In this document: positions 37,021 to 45,254 of the stretch, in pieces
Numbering within the stretch: the first letter of the stretch is position 1
How the letters are laid out: every line of letters begins with the position of its first letter
Virus record (IMG/VR): IMGVR_UViG_3300034158_000007
Span: 32,001-96,000 of that record
Direction: 5' to 3' (one strand)
Length of the DNA: 64,000 nucleotides
DNA from: a virus
Notes under the pieces: generated by a model
The model's input: the letters and a program-made list of their open reading frames with translations, nothing else
What the model was told of the DNA's origin: nothing
Database searches by the model: none
Translations under genes and position numbers: made by a program

Positions 37021-37040
37021 CCCTCCCGTAACAGGGAGGG
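37021..37040 (+). terminator. Hairpin of repeated family
   Basis: CATAAG-CCCTCCC-GTAACA-GGGAGGG-TATTTATTTT. Confidence 0.75.
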
Positions 37041-37096
37041 TATTTATTTTCTTTACCGTTGTTCTTTTTATTTAATCGTACTACAGGAGTAATGCA

Positions 37097-37654
37097 ATGA
37101 AAGGTAATCTCAGTGAGCTGTTTAACCACGTGGTGATCTCCCGACGCCCGCAGGTCGAGATCGGTATCTGGGGTGATCGATGCTACTGGTGTGGCGGGGA
37201 TAACTGGAGTACTGATCCAATGAGTACCGATGTTATCGTCATGGGTGCCGGTGTCGTTCAGCAGTCGATTGACTATCTGGAAGAACTAGTGGGTTACGGT
37301 GATCTGGATATAACCCCGGTTAAAACGGTTATCAACTTGATCGAGTGGCCATGTGGCCAGTGGGTTGTTGCTAACCCGCAGAACCGTAAGTTACACCGCG
37401 TGAACTATGTCGGTACACACGACACTGGTCACTACTTCAAAGACGAAGGTACGACCGAGCGTGAGCTGGTTATCCAACGTAATCCTGAATGCTGGACTCA
37501 CGTGATTATTCGTGGTCAGCGTCTCATTAAAGCGACTAACCATCTGCTGGACGGTCAGGTCTTCCCATCAGGTACGCTGGTGATTCCTCACAGCACCAGC
37601 CTTCAATATCAATTCGAGTATGAACTCGAAGAATTCACAGAGTATTCGAAATGA
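37097..37654 (+). CDS. Hypothetical protein
   Basis: 185-aa ORF, AGGAG RBS. Confidence 0.7.
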   Translation: MKGNLSELFNHVVISRRPQVEIGIWGDRCYWCGGDNWSTDPMSTDVIVMGAGVVQQSIDYLEELVGYGDLDITPVKTVINLIEWPCGQWVVANPQNRKLHRVNYVGTHDTGHYFKDEGTTERELVIQRNPECWTHVIIRGQRLIKATNHLLDGQVFPSGTLVIPHSTSLQYQFEYELEEFTEYSK

Positions 37655-38154
37655 CCACCACTAACTTCCTTGTTAAGTTCAACTCAGAAATCACGGGTCT
37701 CACCAAAGACCCATTCCACATCAACCACTATCTGTCGCGTGAGGCTATTAACCAACAGGCCCGTGTGATCGAAGCTTGCACAGCGAAAGGTGAAGACTCT
37801 TCTCGGATCTTCCTTTTCATGGGCGGTGAGAACCTGCGCTACGAGTGGTCGACTGATCTGGACGTGGGTGTTCAGACCCTGACGGTATACCGCATCGGTT
37901 ATACCGTACCCGTCATCGTGCTGACCCAGTCCTTCCCATGGGTCAACCAACCCCAGCATGAGCAAATGAAACAATCGGTTGCATATTGCTTCAGCAAGGC
38001 CAATGCGAACCTTGATCTTCAAGCAGCTGTATGTGTCGTGAACATGTTGAACAACATGATCATCAAGTGGATGACTCACGACCTGAATAACATCCGCGAG
38101 TCTTACAACCCCGATACCTTCACTAACTTCGATATGGAGATTTACCGTGGCTGA
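37651..38154 (+). CDS. Hypothetical protein
   Basis: 167-aa ORF, ATGA overlap. Confidence 0.7.
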   Translation: MTTTNFLVKFNSEITGLTKDPFHINHYLSREAINQQARVIEACTAKGEDSSRIFLFMGGENLRYEWSTDLDVGVQTLTVYRIGYTVPVIVLTQSFPWVNQPQHEQMKQSVAYCFSKANANLDLQAAVCVVNMLNNMIIKWMTHDLNNIRESYNPDTFTNFDMEIYRG

Positions 38155-38437
38155 TAGTCCGAGCTATCCAGAAAACGACAAAGATACCCTGTGGCTATGT
38201 AACGCATTGGATCGGCGTTCGTTCGGTGAACTGTTCTATGCCATCAAGGAGCACTTCGGTAGTGCCATTGGTCTGGCTGAAGTAGACATCGAGTACGAGC
38301 GCTGGACGTACGAATATAGCTGTAGCTGCTGTCGTGAGGACAATGGTCGTTATGGCGACTACTACAAAATCACACGCCGTGCGCAACCTGACCCAGATAC
38401 CGTCAACCACCTCATCGCTGATCTTCAACGGGACTAA
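38147..38437 (+). CDS. Hypothetical protein
   Basis: GGAG RBS, GTG start; CSCC motif. Confidence 0.65.
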   Translation: MADSPSYPENDKDTLWLCNALDRRSFGELFYAIKEHFGSAIGLAEVDIEYERWTYEYSCSCCREDNGRYGDYYKITRRAQPDPDTVNHLIADLQRD

Positions 38438-38438
38438 C

Positions 38439-38669
38439 ATGACTATCTCTCTAACTCTACCTGCAATCCTCGGGATGGCATTGGGTTTCTTTTTGTTCAT
38501 GGCATGCATGATGATCGTGTCATGTGCTTACATTCAACATGAGATCGAGAAGGTCAAAGACAATAAGGTCTTCAAGATCTACTGGTCGCTAAACGTTGCA
38601 CTACAGATTGTCTTTGTATGTGTGGCATTGTTGGCGACTGTCTCACTTCATCTGTACCTCAAACCATGA
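38439..38669 (+). CDS. Two-helix membrane protein
   Basis: MTISLTLPAILGMALGFFLFM... and ...LQIVFVCVALLATV hydrophobic segments. Confidence 0.65.
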   Translation: MTISLTLPAILGMALGFFLFMACMMIVSCAYIQHEIEKVKDNKVFKIYWSLNVALQIVFVCVALLATVSLHLYLKP

Positions 38670-38758
38670 CACCCGCTGACCAGGTTCTCTATTGGGGATT
38701 AGTCATCGGCCTGGTCGGTGGTTTCATCTATAAATTTATAGCAGGAGCTTTAGTATGA
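38666..38758 (+). CDS. 30-aa membrane microprotein (not in track)
   Basis: ATGA overlaps on both ends; MTPADQVLYWGLVIGLVGGFIYKFIAGALV. Confidence 0.65.
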   Translation: MTPADQVLYWGLVIGLVGGFIYKFIAGALV

Positions 38759-39111
38759 CCGAAGTATCTAAAACCGATTGCCAGTATGTCGCTAAGCGTT
38801 ACTTGGAAGCTATGCGTGAAGTAGGTGATGCTGCGATTGCCTTGATCGAAGCAGAGCTAGAACGTGAGTGCTACCTCGAGTTCGGTGGGTGGGGTGGCAT
38901 CGACGGTGATGGTCGAGTTGAACTGCGCTTTGACCTCACCCGCATGCTGAATCCTGAGGCGGCTGAAGAAACGCCTTACCGTCACATGCACAAACTGATC
39001 TACCAGTATGTGGAGGACCATTTCCACCAGAAGGGTTTTGGTACCTATTACACCGAGAACCTCGGTCTGTTCTATCTCACCTTCGGCAAAATCACTAAGG
39101 AACTCGTATGA
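38755..39111 (+). CDS. Hypothetical protein
   Basis: 118-aa ORF, AGGAG RBS. Confidence 0.7.
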   Translation: MTEVSKTDCQYVAKRYLEAMREVGDAAIALIEAELERECYLEFGGWGGIDGDGRVELRFDLTRMLNPEAAEETPYRHMHKLIYQYVEDHFHQKGFGTYYTENLGLFYLTFGKITKELV

Positions 39112-39524
39112 ATCGTTGGTTGACATTTCTCAAGCGTCGTTGGCTGATCAACATCATCCACCATGCGATGCATTCACCTGAGTACGATCGTGCACAGTAT
39201 CTGTGTATCGCGATAAAGGCTACCCACAGTAAGTTTACTTACCGTTGGGCATGCAAGCACATCAAAAAGATCATTGGTGGTCAGGGCACACTCTGGGGTC
39301 ATTTCATTCAGGTGATTGAAGATGACTGGACGAACGAGCAACCCGATGCGGTGATCATAAAACTGGCTTACGCGTTCGGTGGTTGGAAAACCCGTAAAGA
39401 GTTCCACATGAAATACTGGCTTAAAGTCCAGGAGGAACTGGAGGCGGGTTCGTGGGATAAGGTTATCAAACCTGACCTCACTGAGATTCATGAACGTGCG
39501 CTTAGACTAGGGATCACAAAATGA
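39108..39524 (+). CDS. Hypothetical protein
   Basis: 138-aa ORF, ATGA overlap. Confidence 0.7.
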   Translation: MNRWLTFLKRRWLINIIHHAMHSPEYDRAQYLCIAIKATHSKFTYRWACKHIKKIIGGQGTLWGHFIQVIEDDWTNEQPDAVIIKLAYAFGGWKTRKEFHMKYWLKVQEELEAGSWDKVIKPDLTEIHERALRLGITK

Positions 39525-39736
39525 AAACCTTTGACGGTCCATTCGGTAGTTATAAAGCTGGTTCCATGGGCGCGGTGTTAAACGCCATGTGTGAACAAGA
39601 AGGTCGTTCCTGTGGTATCGTGGGTAATTACACCCTCGGTAACGGAAAGGTCTTCAAAAACTCCAGCTGTAAAGAAGTAGTGTGCACCTACGTGTGGGAC
39701 GGTGATGAAATCGTTTTCACATGGAATGCGGCATAA
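39521..39736 (+). CDS. Hypothetical protein
   Basis: 71-aa ORF, ATGA overlap. Confidence 0.65.
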   Translation: MKTFDGPFGSYKAGSMGAVLNAMCEQEGRSCGIVGNYTLGNGKVFKNSSCKEVVCTYVWDGDEIVFTWNAA

Positions 39737-39742
39737 AGAAAA

Positions 39743-39893
39743 GGGTGACTCACCGGGGCACTACTCCCAGTGAGTCGACCATGGTTAGAGGTTAGTCGCC
39801 TCTTTCCATGGGTTGTTGTATTGAGTCTTGATTCCACCTAATCCCCTCGTGGGACTAAGTGTTCACTTAACTCTTTACAACGGTACGATACAA
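39743..39893 (+). ncRNA. Candidate structured intergenic RNA
   Basis: Consecutive stems GACTCAC/GTGAGTC, CCATGG..AGAGG/CCTCT..CCATGG and a multibranch closed by TTGTAT/ATACAA. Confidence 0.4.
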
Positions 39894-39938
39894 ATCAACA
39901 TTCATTTCACATAACATTACAACCGGAGTATTCTTTTC

Positions 39939-40193
39939 TTGGACAATATGCAAACCCTTTTGGACAAACTAAACGTACGGATGCGAGCATCCTACACAAA
40001 AGCATTGGAGACCATCGAGGGCGCCATGCTTGAAGGTTCCAGTGAGTGCATTTTCAACAGAACGAATAGCCCGCACGTCGTATCGGACGACACCATCCAC
40101 TCGATCGTTGCGAACATGTTGATTGACAGTAACTTCACTGTTACATCAACGCTGGCGACCTATACAGTCAGTGGCTGGAACAAAGCGCTGTAA
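39939..40193 (+). CDS. Hypothetical protein
   Basis: 84-aa ORF, GGAG RBS, TTG (or ATG 39948) start. Confidence 0.55.
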   Translation: MDNMQTLLDKLNVRMRASYTKALETIEGAMLEGSSECIFNRTNSPHVVSDDTIHSIVANMLIDSNFTVTSTLATYTVSGWNKAL

Positions 40194-40202
40194 CCGCATA
40201 AA

Positions 40203-40224
40203 GCCCCTACCTTACGGTAGGGGC
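40203..40224. terminator. Bidirectional hairpin at convergent junction
   Basis: CATAAA-GCCCCTACC-TTAC-GGTAGGGGC. Confidence 0.8.
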
Positions 40225-40239
40225 AGTGTGCTTTATTTT

Positions 40240-41445
40240 TTAGCGGTTACGACGGTTGTCTTCGCGTTCTTGTTTGTCAGCACTGTTTTCAGCTTGGTCA
40301 AACAACTTCATCGCGCCGTAAGTAACTTCAGTTACGTGGCTGATGGTTTTAGCGGCCAGTTCCAGTACCGGGCTAGCTGCACGCTTCAGATCACCTTGAC
40401 GGTCAGCTTGAGCTTGGTTGCAAGCTGCTACGATTTCTTTGGCATCTTTCTCGATACCTTGAACGATCGGAGCCAGACGCTTCATTTCGCCAATCACTTG
40501 GTGGATGGCTTTCAGCGATTGTTCTTTCTTGGCTTGGTCAGTACCCGAACCACCTTTGATGATACGGTAGATCAAACCAGCCCAGCTGAACACGAGGACC
40601 CAGAACCAGTCGCCAGCGGTCCATTTACCTTCGTTGTTCTTAGGTGGTGGAACGTCTTCAGTAACCCACTTACCACGACCGTCTTTAACAGTCACATCAG
40701 TGTTGTTCATCAGTTGAACGAAGGTCTTACCTTCGATCGCGGTGCCAGCACTGTCTTCGCCTTTCGACCATTTCTGGATATTGTCTTTACCTTGCGATAC
40801 CAGGGCAGCCAGTTTCTTAACGCCATCTACTTCAAGACCAAAGTCTTTAGCGCTCATCAACTCGTCGTTCATGTGGAACAGTTTCCAGAACGCTTTGTAG
40901 TTAATGGTGATTTCACTTTCAGCAGCAAAGTCATCTTCACGAACTTGGTTGAGTTTACCCAACGCTTGTTTGTAGTTAGACATCGAGGTACCGATAGATT
41001 CTTCAACGCCTGTACCGAACTCTTCCAGAGCGATCGTTACACAACCACGGATCAGTTCAGCGTGACCACGTACGGACTTAGCGAACTTACGTACACCGCC
41101 TTTGGTAGCTGGGAAGTTTTCCAGGCTAGCAACAGGGTGACCAGAGAACTCAGTCAGTTGTTGGAAGATACGCTTGTACGATTCCATAGCGATAGCGGTA
41201 GTAACACCGTCGATATCACCTGCCAGTTCATCGAGGCTATCGGCAGCAGCTACCGAGTCAACGATTGGGTCCAGACTGGTTTCTGGAGTTTCAATTACTT
41301 CTGTGATGCTGTTGTTAGCAAAAAGTGCTGGATCACCTTCGCGGACTACTTCAGGCGGGATCGCATTGATGAAGTCTTCGATTGCTACCTGCTCTGCGGT
41401 GAGCTGAGGTTTAGCGTGTTTCATTACTGGGCTTACTTTGGCCAT
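40240..41445 (-). CDS. Internal head/ejection protein paralog with hydrophobic segment
   Basis: AME, SLE and ALE maturation motifs; WFWVLVFSWAGLIY segment; start MAKVSP after AAGGT. Confidence 0.7.
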   Translation of the reverse strand: MAKVSPVMKHAKPQLTAEQVAIEDFINAIPPEVVREGDPALFANNSITEVIETPETSLDPIVDSVAAADSLDELAGDIDGVTTAIAMESYKRIFQQLTEFSGHPVASLENFPATKGGVRKFAKSVRGHAELIRGCVTIALEEFGTGVEESIGTSMSNYKQALGKLNQVREDDFAAESEITINYKAFWKLFHMNDELMSAKDFGLEVDGVKKLAALVSQGKDNIQKWSKGEDSAGTAIEGKTFVQLMNNTDVTVKDGRGKWVTEDVPPPKNNEGKWTAGDWFWVLVFSWAGLIYRIIKGGSGTDQAKKEQSLKAIHQVIGEMKRLAPIVQGIEKDAKEIVAACNQAQADRQGDLKRAASPVLELAAKTISHVTEVTYGAMKLFDQAENSADKQEREDNRRNR

Positions 41446-41457
41446 TTTCAAGGTACC

Positions 41458-42615
41458 TTATTTGCTGTGTTTTCGTACGAGTCGGGTGAAAAGAGTATCG
41501 GTGCCTTTAGTGATATCGATAATCTGTTTCATGATAAAGTTTGCCAGTTCGATGATCGGAACGCTCCGGCGATTTAATGCTGATTCTTGATCCTCGGTGA
41601 CCTTCTTGAAAAGCTCGATCAGGTCTTGTACATGACCGGCGAGGTCGTCAACAATCTCATCCATTCCTTCGACATGTCGGATGAACTTATGGATATCAGT
41701 CAAACTATTGGTGACTTTTGCTTCTGAATCCTTTTTGTTGCTGTTAATAGACTTGGATAGCTCATAGCCCAACCGACCAAACATGATTGCACCAAAGGCA
41801 ATCCAGAAGTGTTGACCCCACGAATGAGTCTTCTTAGGTGCACGAGTTTTACGCGCATCGTTGTCGAATTGTCCATCGTTAACCTTCGCCTTACGGTTGA
41901 ACATCAGTTGCAATTGCGTGGCCGTATCAGGTAGGTCACGTGCAGTACGTTCAAGCTTGTCTTCATCGGTAAGACTGTGCACGTCTTTAGCCAGACGTTC
42001 AACACCTTTACCCACGATAGCTACAAGACGCTCAAGGTGTTGAGACTCCTGTCGGATACACGTGATAGGTTCCTTACCCTTGAAAACATCCTTAACCATG
42101 AACATGTCAAAGATACGTGTATGGTTAACATCGATCTTCTTGGAGTTTGTTTCTTCGATATCAGCGTCAGTAGCTTTAAGCTTACGGTGAGCTGCATCGT
42201 AGGTCTTACACACCATCAAGAAGTCTTCCTTGATGTCACGACCATAGTTCTCAATCGATACTGAAAGCTTTGTTGCTAGACGATCTGCTTCAGCACGTAT
42301 AGCTTTGGCCAATCCAGTTTTCTTAGTGAGCGTACCAGCACCAAAGGATTCCAATGCCACGGTCTTATGTTCGATAACACCACTGTTTCCTGTAAGGGCT
42401 TGGTAGCCCCAATGGTAGGCTTCTAGTGAAGGTTGGTCTCGTACAGTGTCTACGCGCTTTGCTAGCTCTAGTAGAGCACTGTGAGCACGCTCAGTGGCAT
42501 AGATCTCTAATGCGGCTTCATCATCAGGTAGACTCGTCCAATCGGACTCAGTATCTTCCATCGTTACTTGTGGAGTGTTCTTCACATCCATATCTGTTAA
42601 GCGGGTAGTGCTCAT
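41458..42615 (-). CDS. Internal head/ejection protein paralog with hydrophobic segment
   Basis: ALE, SLE and VALESF motifs; HFWIAFGAIMFGRLGY segment; same architecture as its neighbour. Confidence 0.7.
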   Translation of the reverse strand: MSTTRLTDMDVKNTPQVTMEDTESDWTSLPDDEAALEIYATERAHSALLELAKRVDTVRDQPSLEAYHWGYQALTGNSGVIEHKTVALESFGAGTLTKKTGLAKAIRAEADRLATKLSVSIENYGRDIKEDFLMVCKTYDAAHRKLKATDADIEETNSKKIDVNHTRIFDMFMVKDVFKGKEPITCIRQESQHLERLVAIVGKGVERLAKDVHSLTDEDKLERTARDLPDTATQLQLMFNRKAKVNDGQFDNDARKTRAPKKTHSWGQHFWIAFGAIMFGRLGYELSKSINSNKKDSEAKVTNSLTDIHKFIRHVEGMDEIVDDLAGHVQDLIELFKKVTEDQESALNRRSVPIIELANFIMKQIIDITKGTDTLFTRLVRKHSK

Positions 42616-42675
42616 GGTTTATACCTGATCAGGGTTTATATTTTAACATACGATTGGATTATTTACTGTGGGTGC

Positions 42676-42734
42676 TTATCTAATACAGTACTAAGATCAA
42701 AGGACTCCCCGTAGGGGCTTTTATTTCTTAATAT
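42676..42734 (-). promoter_or_regulatory. Conserved non-coding element, copy B
   Basis: Reverse strand TATATT..AAATAAAAGCCCC..TCCTTTGATCTTAGT..ATTAGATAAG matches 3753..3812. Confidence 0.6.
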
Positions 42735-42814
42735 ACAGCGTTACGATAGTAACCATCAATGCTGTTATAGACTCCTTAGTGCTCTACTAGCGTAGCACAG
42801 TAACACGGACATAA

Positions 42815-42837
42815 GCCATCCCCACAAGAGGGATGGC
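42815..42837. terminator. Hairpin of repeated family
   Basis: CATAA-GCCATCCC-CACAAGA-GGGATGGC-ATTTATG. Confidence 0.7.
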
Positions 42838-42871
42838 ATTTATGACGTTAGAGGACTATTCTAAAACAAGC

Positions 42872-44365
42872 TTACCAAGGGAAAGTCGCAGATAGAATCT
42901 TGATCATTGGACGAACACCGCCACGACCAGAGGTCTTATTGAGTGTGGTACCTTGGTTACCCGGCGCTGTACCACCACGTGCCCACTGATCGTACGCACC
43001 GTTTTCCTGAGTGGTCCATTCGGCGTTATATAGTGCACTTGCCCCAAAGCCAACCGCATTGTCTGACCACTGCGCCAACATTGTAGCTGTATTGTTAACG
43101 TAGCTCTTAGCAATACGGTTGTACATGTCGTACCAAACAGTGCCGACACCATCGTTGTTATTCCGAGGGCCGTACCACATCATTGGAACTCCAGCTACAG
43201 TCTTGGCCGCACCGTTCGGGTTATACACGTAAGAAGAACTCAAAGGTGCGTTTACCATTAGAGGTTTCAATGGCATCAGCCAGATCTGACCACTGAATCG
43301 CATTACCGCCCAACTCAAACCTTCAAACTTCACAGTACCGCCACTAATCGATGTCAAGGTGCAGAACTCAGTACCCGAGTAGTACTCTTGGAAAGGAATA
43401 ACCGAGATAGGTGGAGGACCAGTCTTGACGTACGGGTTATAAACCCACAGCTCAGTGCCAGTAGTCGAACCAAGACAGTAGAACTTATTCTTAGCTTTAA
43501 ATCCACGGGACTCAGAGCTATTCATTAGGTCAGGTACCACACCAACATCATCGGTGTAGATATTGGTACGAGGTACGTAACGGGACATGTTCTTATTAGC
43601 ACCACGTCCACCGTAATAGAAGATCTCGTCGCCCATTAACATAACCTTAGCACCACTACGTGTACCAAAGTTGGTAACCACATCCGCCATCTTAACTGTC
43701 CATGTGTTTAGCACCTGGTCATAAGCTGAGATAGGTAAGTTTGCTGTCGTACCGTTGTTATATACACCGAATGCGGTAAAGATCAGATCGTCTTGAACAA
43801 TAGCCGAACCGTTAACTACTGGGTTAGCCATGGCAGCACATTTAGTCCAGACGTTAGTTACCATGTTGTAACGCATTACGTTGGCAGTGCCATTAACTGG
43901 AGCGTCACCATTAGCGCCACCCAAGATAAAGATATCTGAGCCCACGTTGGTCATCATGGCCTGTGCCGAACCTGGACGGTCTGCAACGGTCGCTGGGAGC
44001 GTACCAGAAGCCCAGGTGTTGTTGGAGATGGTGTAGATATAGAAACGCGTCGTGTACCCCAGAGCAGTGCTATAGCCGCCCCAGACATAAAGTTTCCCGA
44101 TACCCATCACACATCGATGCTCACGCATCGCAGTAGGCATGTCAGCTAACTTAGTGAAGGTCTGGGACGTTTGGTTGTACTTGTAAAAAGCCGCTGTCTC
44201 AGTGGCTGCAATGTTGTCGAATCCTCCAACGAAATAAAGATCATCCTTATAGACGGATACAGCTTGACCGCTGATACCCACCGGACCGCCCGCTACATCT
44301 AGCTTGGTCCAAACTGTAGCAGGCTTGGCACCTGCCCCTGCAAAACTCAGTAATAATTCACGCAT
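42872..44365 (-). CDS. Kelch-repeat virion protein with C-terminal jumbo-phage structural domain
   Basis: Kelch blades (LYFVGG, LYVWGG, IFILGG, IFYYGG) plus C-terminal ...WAVMRFSGQIWLMPLKPL...RGG...GVRPMI module; N-terminus MRELLL. Confidence 0.75.
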   Translation of the reverse strand: MRELLLSFAGAGAKPATVWTKLDVAGGPVGISGQAVSVYKDDLYFVGGFDNIAATETAAFYKYNQTSQTFTKLADMPTAMREHRCVMGIGKLYVWGGYSTALGYTTRFYIYTISNNTWASGTLPATVADRPGSAQAMMTNVGSDIFILGGANGDAPVNGTANVMRYNMVTNVWTKCAAMANPVVNGSAIVQDDLIFTAFGVYNNGTTANLPISAYDQVLNTWTVKMADVVTNFGTRSGAKVMLMGDEIFYYGGRGANKNMSRYVPRTNIYTDDVGVVPDLMNSSESRGFKAKNKFYCLGSTTGTELWVYNPYVKTGPPPISVIPFQEYYSGTEFCTLTSISGGTVKFEGLSWAVMRFSGQIWLMPLKPLMVNAPLSSSYVYNPNGAAKTVAGVPMMWYGPRNNNDGVGTVWYDMYNRIAKSYVNNTATMLAQWSDNAVGFGASALYNAEWTTQENGAYDQWARGGTAPGNQGTTLNKTSGRGGVRPMIKILSATFPW

Positions 44366-44438
44366 CTTTAAAGACCTAGGTTAGATGATGTATATTATTA
44401 GTGCGTCATAAAGCCCCACCCGCAGGCAGGACTATGGT

Positions 44439-44873
44439 TTATGAACTTACGTCGTTGTAGTAATCCCGTTTGATCACATCGAAGTAAGGATCGGTAGCAT
44501 TGAGTTCCAAGTCGTAGTAGAACTTGTTGAACCCAGAGATATCTGGATCGGTAAAGGCGTAGTCAGGCGAGGACATTTCTTTCTGATCCTGACGAATGAA
44601 GATGTTGTATTTCAGGAACAACGTGGAGCACGCAACTTCAAAGCTACTGTAGCTATTTGGGTCTACGTGTTCCCACTTTTCCAGTTGTGCAACAAACTCG
44701 ATAATCTTCCCACGTACAATCGATACGTTCTGTTCAGCGAGTCGTAACAGGATAGCGGTGGTCTGGAAATGTTTGATACAGTGTGCAATATGAGCAACCA
44801 CCGAATCACCCAGTGCACGTGGTGCGCTGTATTGCGCCAAGCGGGCTTCACGAATGGCATTTAGATCTGTCAT
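44439..44873 (-). CDS. Hypothetical protein
   Basis: 144-aa ORF in the helicase operon. Confidence 0.7.
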   Translation of the reverse strand: MTDLNAIREARLAQYSAPRALGDSVVAHIAHCIKHFQTTAILLRLAEQNVSIVRGKIIEFVAQLEKWEHVDPNSYSSFEVACSTLFLKYNIFIRQDQKEMSSPDYAFTDPDISGFNKFYYDLELNATDPYFDVIKRDYYNDVSS

Positions 44874-44876
44874 TGA

Positions 44877-45206
44877 TTAGTTCTCGTAGTCAAAGATGAT
44901 GGCGGTCAATCCGCCGACTGTTAAAGTTAGGAAATTTCGGTCATTAAAAGGTTCAGGCTTTTGCCAGACATCGATCTTGATCTGATAATGCTTCCACACG
45001 GCATCCACAAGCTCTTTACGCGACGTTACCTTCAAAGACAGATATACGCCAGCCTGTCTACATAACTCGTCTATAACGGGGTCTAGGTTCTTCCGCGCAA
45101 CATACACACCGATGTAGTGTTTATTGTCTTTCAATTGGTTAGCCAGCTTGATCTGACTGATAACGCTGTCAACCAGTTTAGTGATGTGTGACATGCTTAA
45201 CCCCAT
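44877..45206 (-). CDS. Hypothetical protein
   Basis: About 105-109-aa ORF (start 45206 or 45194). Confidence 0.65.
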   Translation of the reverse strand: MGLSMSHITKLVDSVISQIKLANQLKDNKHYIGVYVARKNLDPVIDELCRQAGVYLSLKVTSRKELVDAVWKHYQIKIDVWQKPEPFNDRNFLTLTVGGLTAIIFDYEN

Positions 45207-45219
45207 TAGTAAATAAGTC

Positions 45220-45237
45220 GCCTCCCGGATGGGAGGC
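45220..45237. terminator. Hairpin of repeated family
   Basis: GCCTCCC-GGAT-GGGAGGC-TTTATG. Confidence 0.7.
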
Positions 45238-45254
45238 TTTATGTTGTTTCTTTT

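Noticed and set aside
40123-41577. 484-aa plus-strand ORF over the head paralog
   Set aside because: Antisense shadow; it crosses the convergent terminator at 40203.
42723-42758. 11-codon minus-strand mini-ORF (MVTIVTLYIKK) downstream of AAGGAG
   Set aside because: SD-to-ATG spacing is about 15 nt and there is no further support.
44391-44405. TATATTATTAGTG as a plus-strand early promoter
   Set aside because: It mismatches the consensus, points antisense to the local operon and runs immediately into a hairpin.
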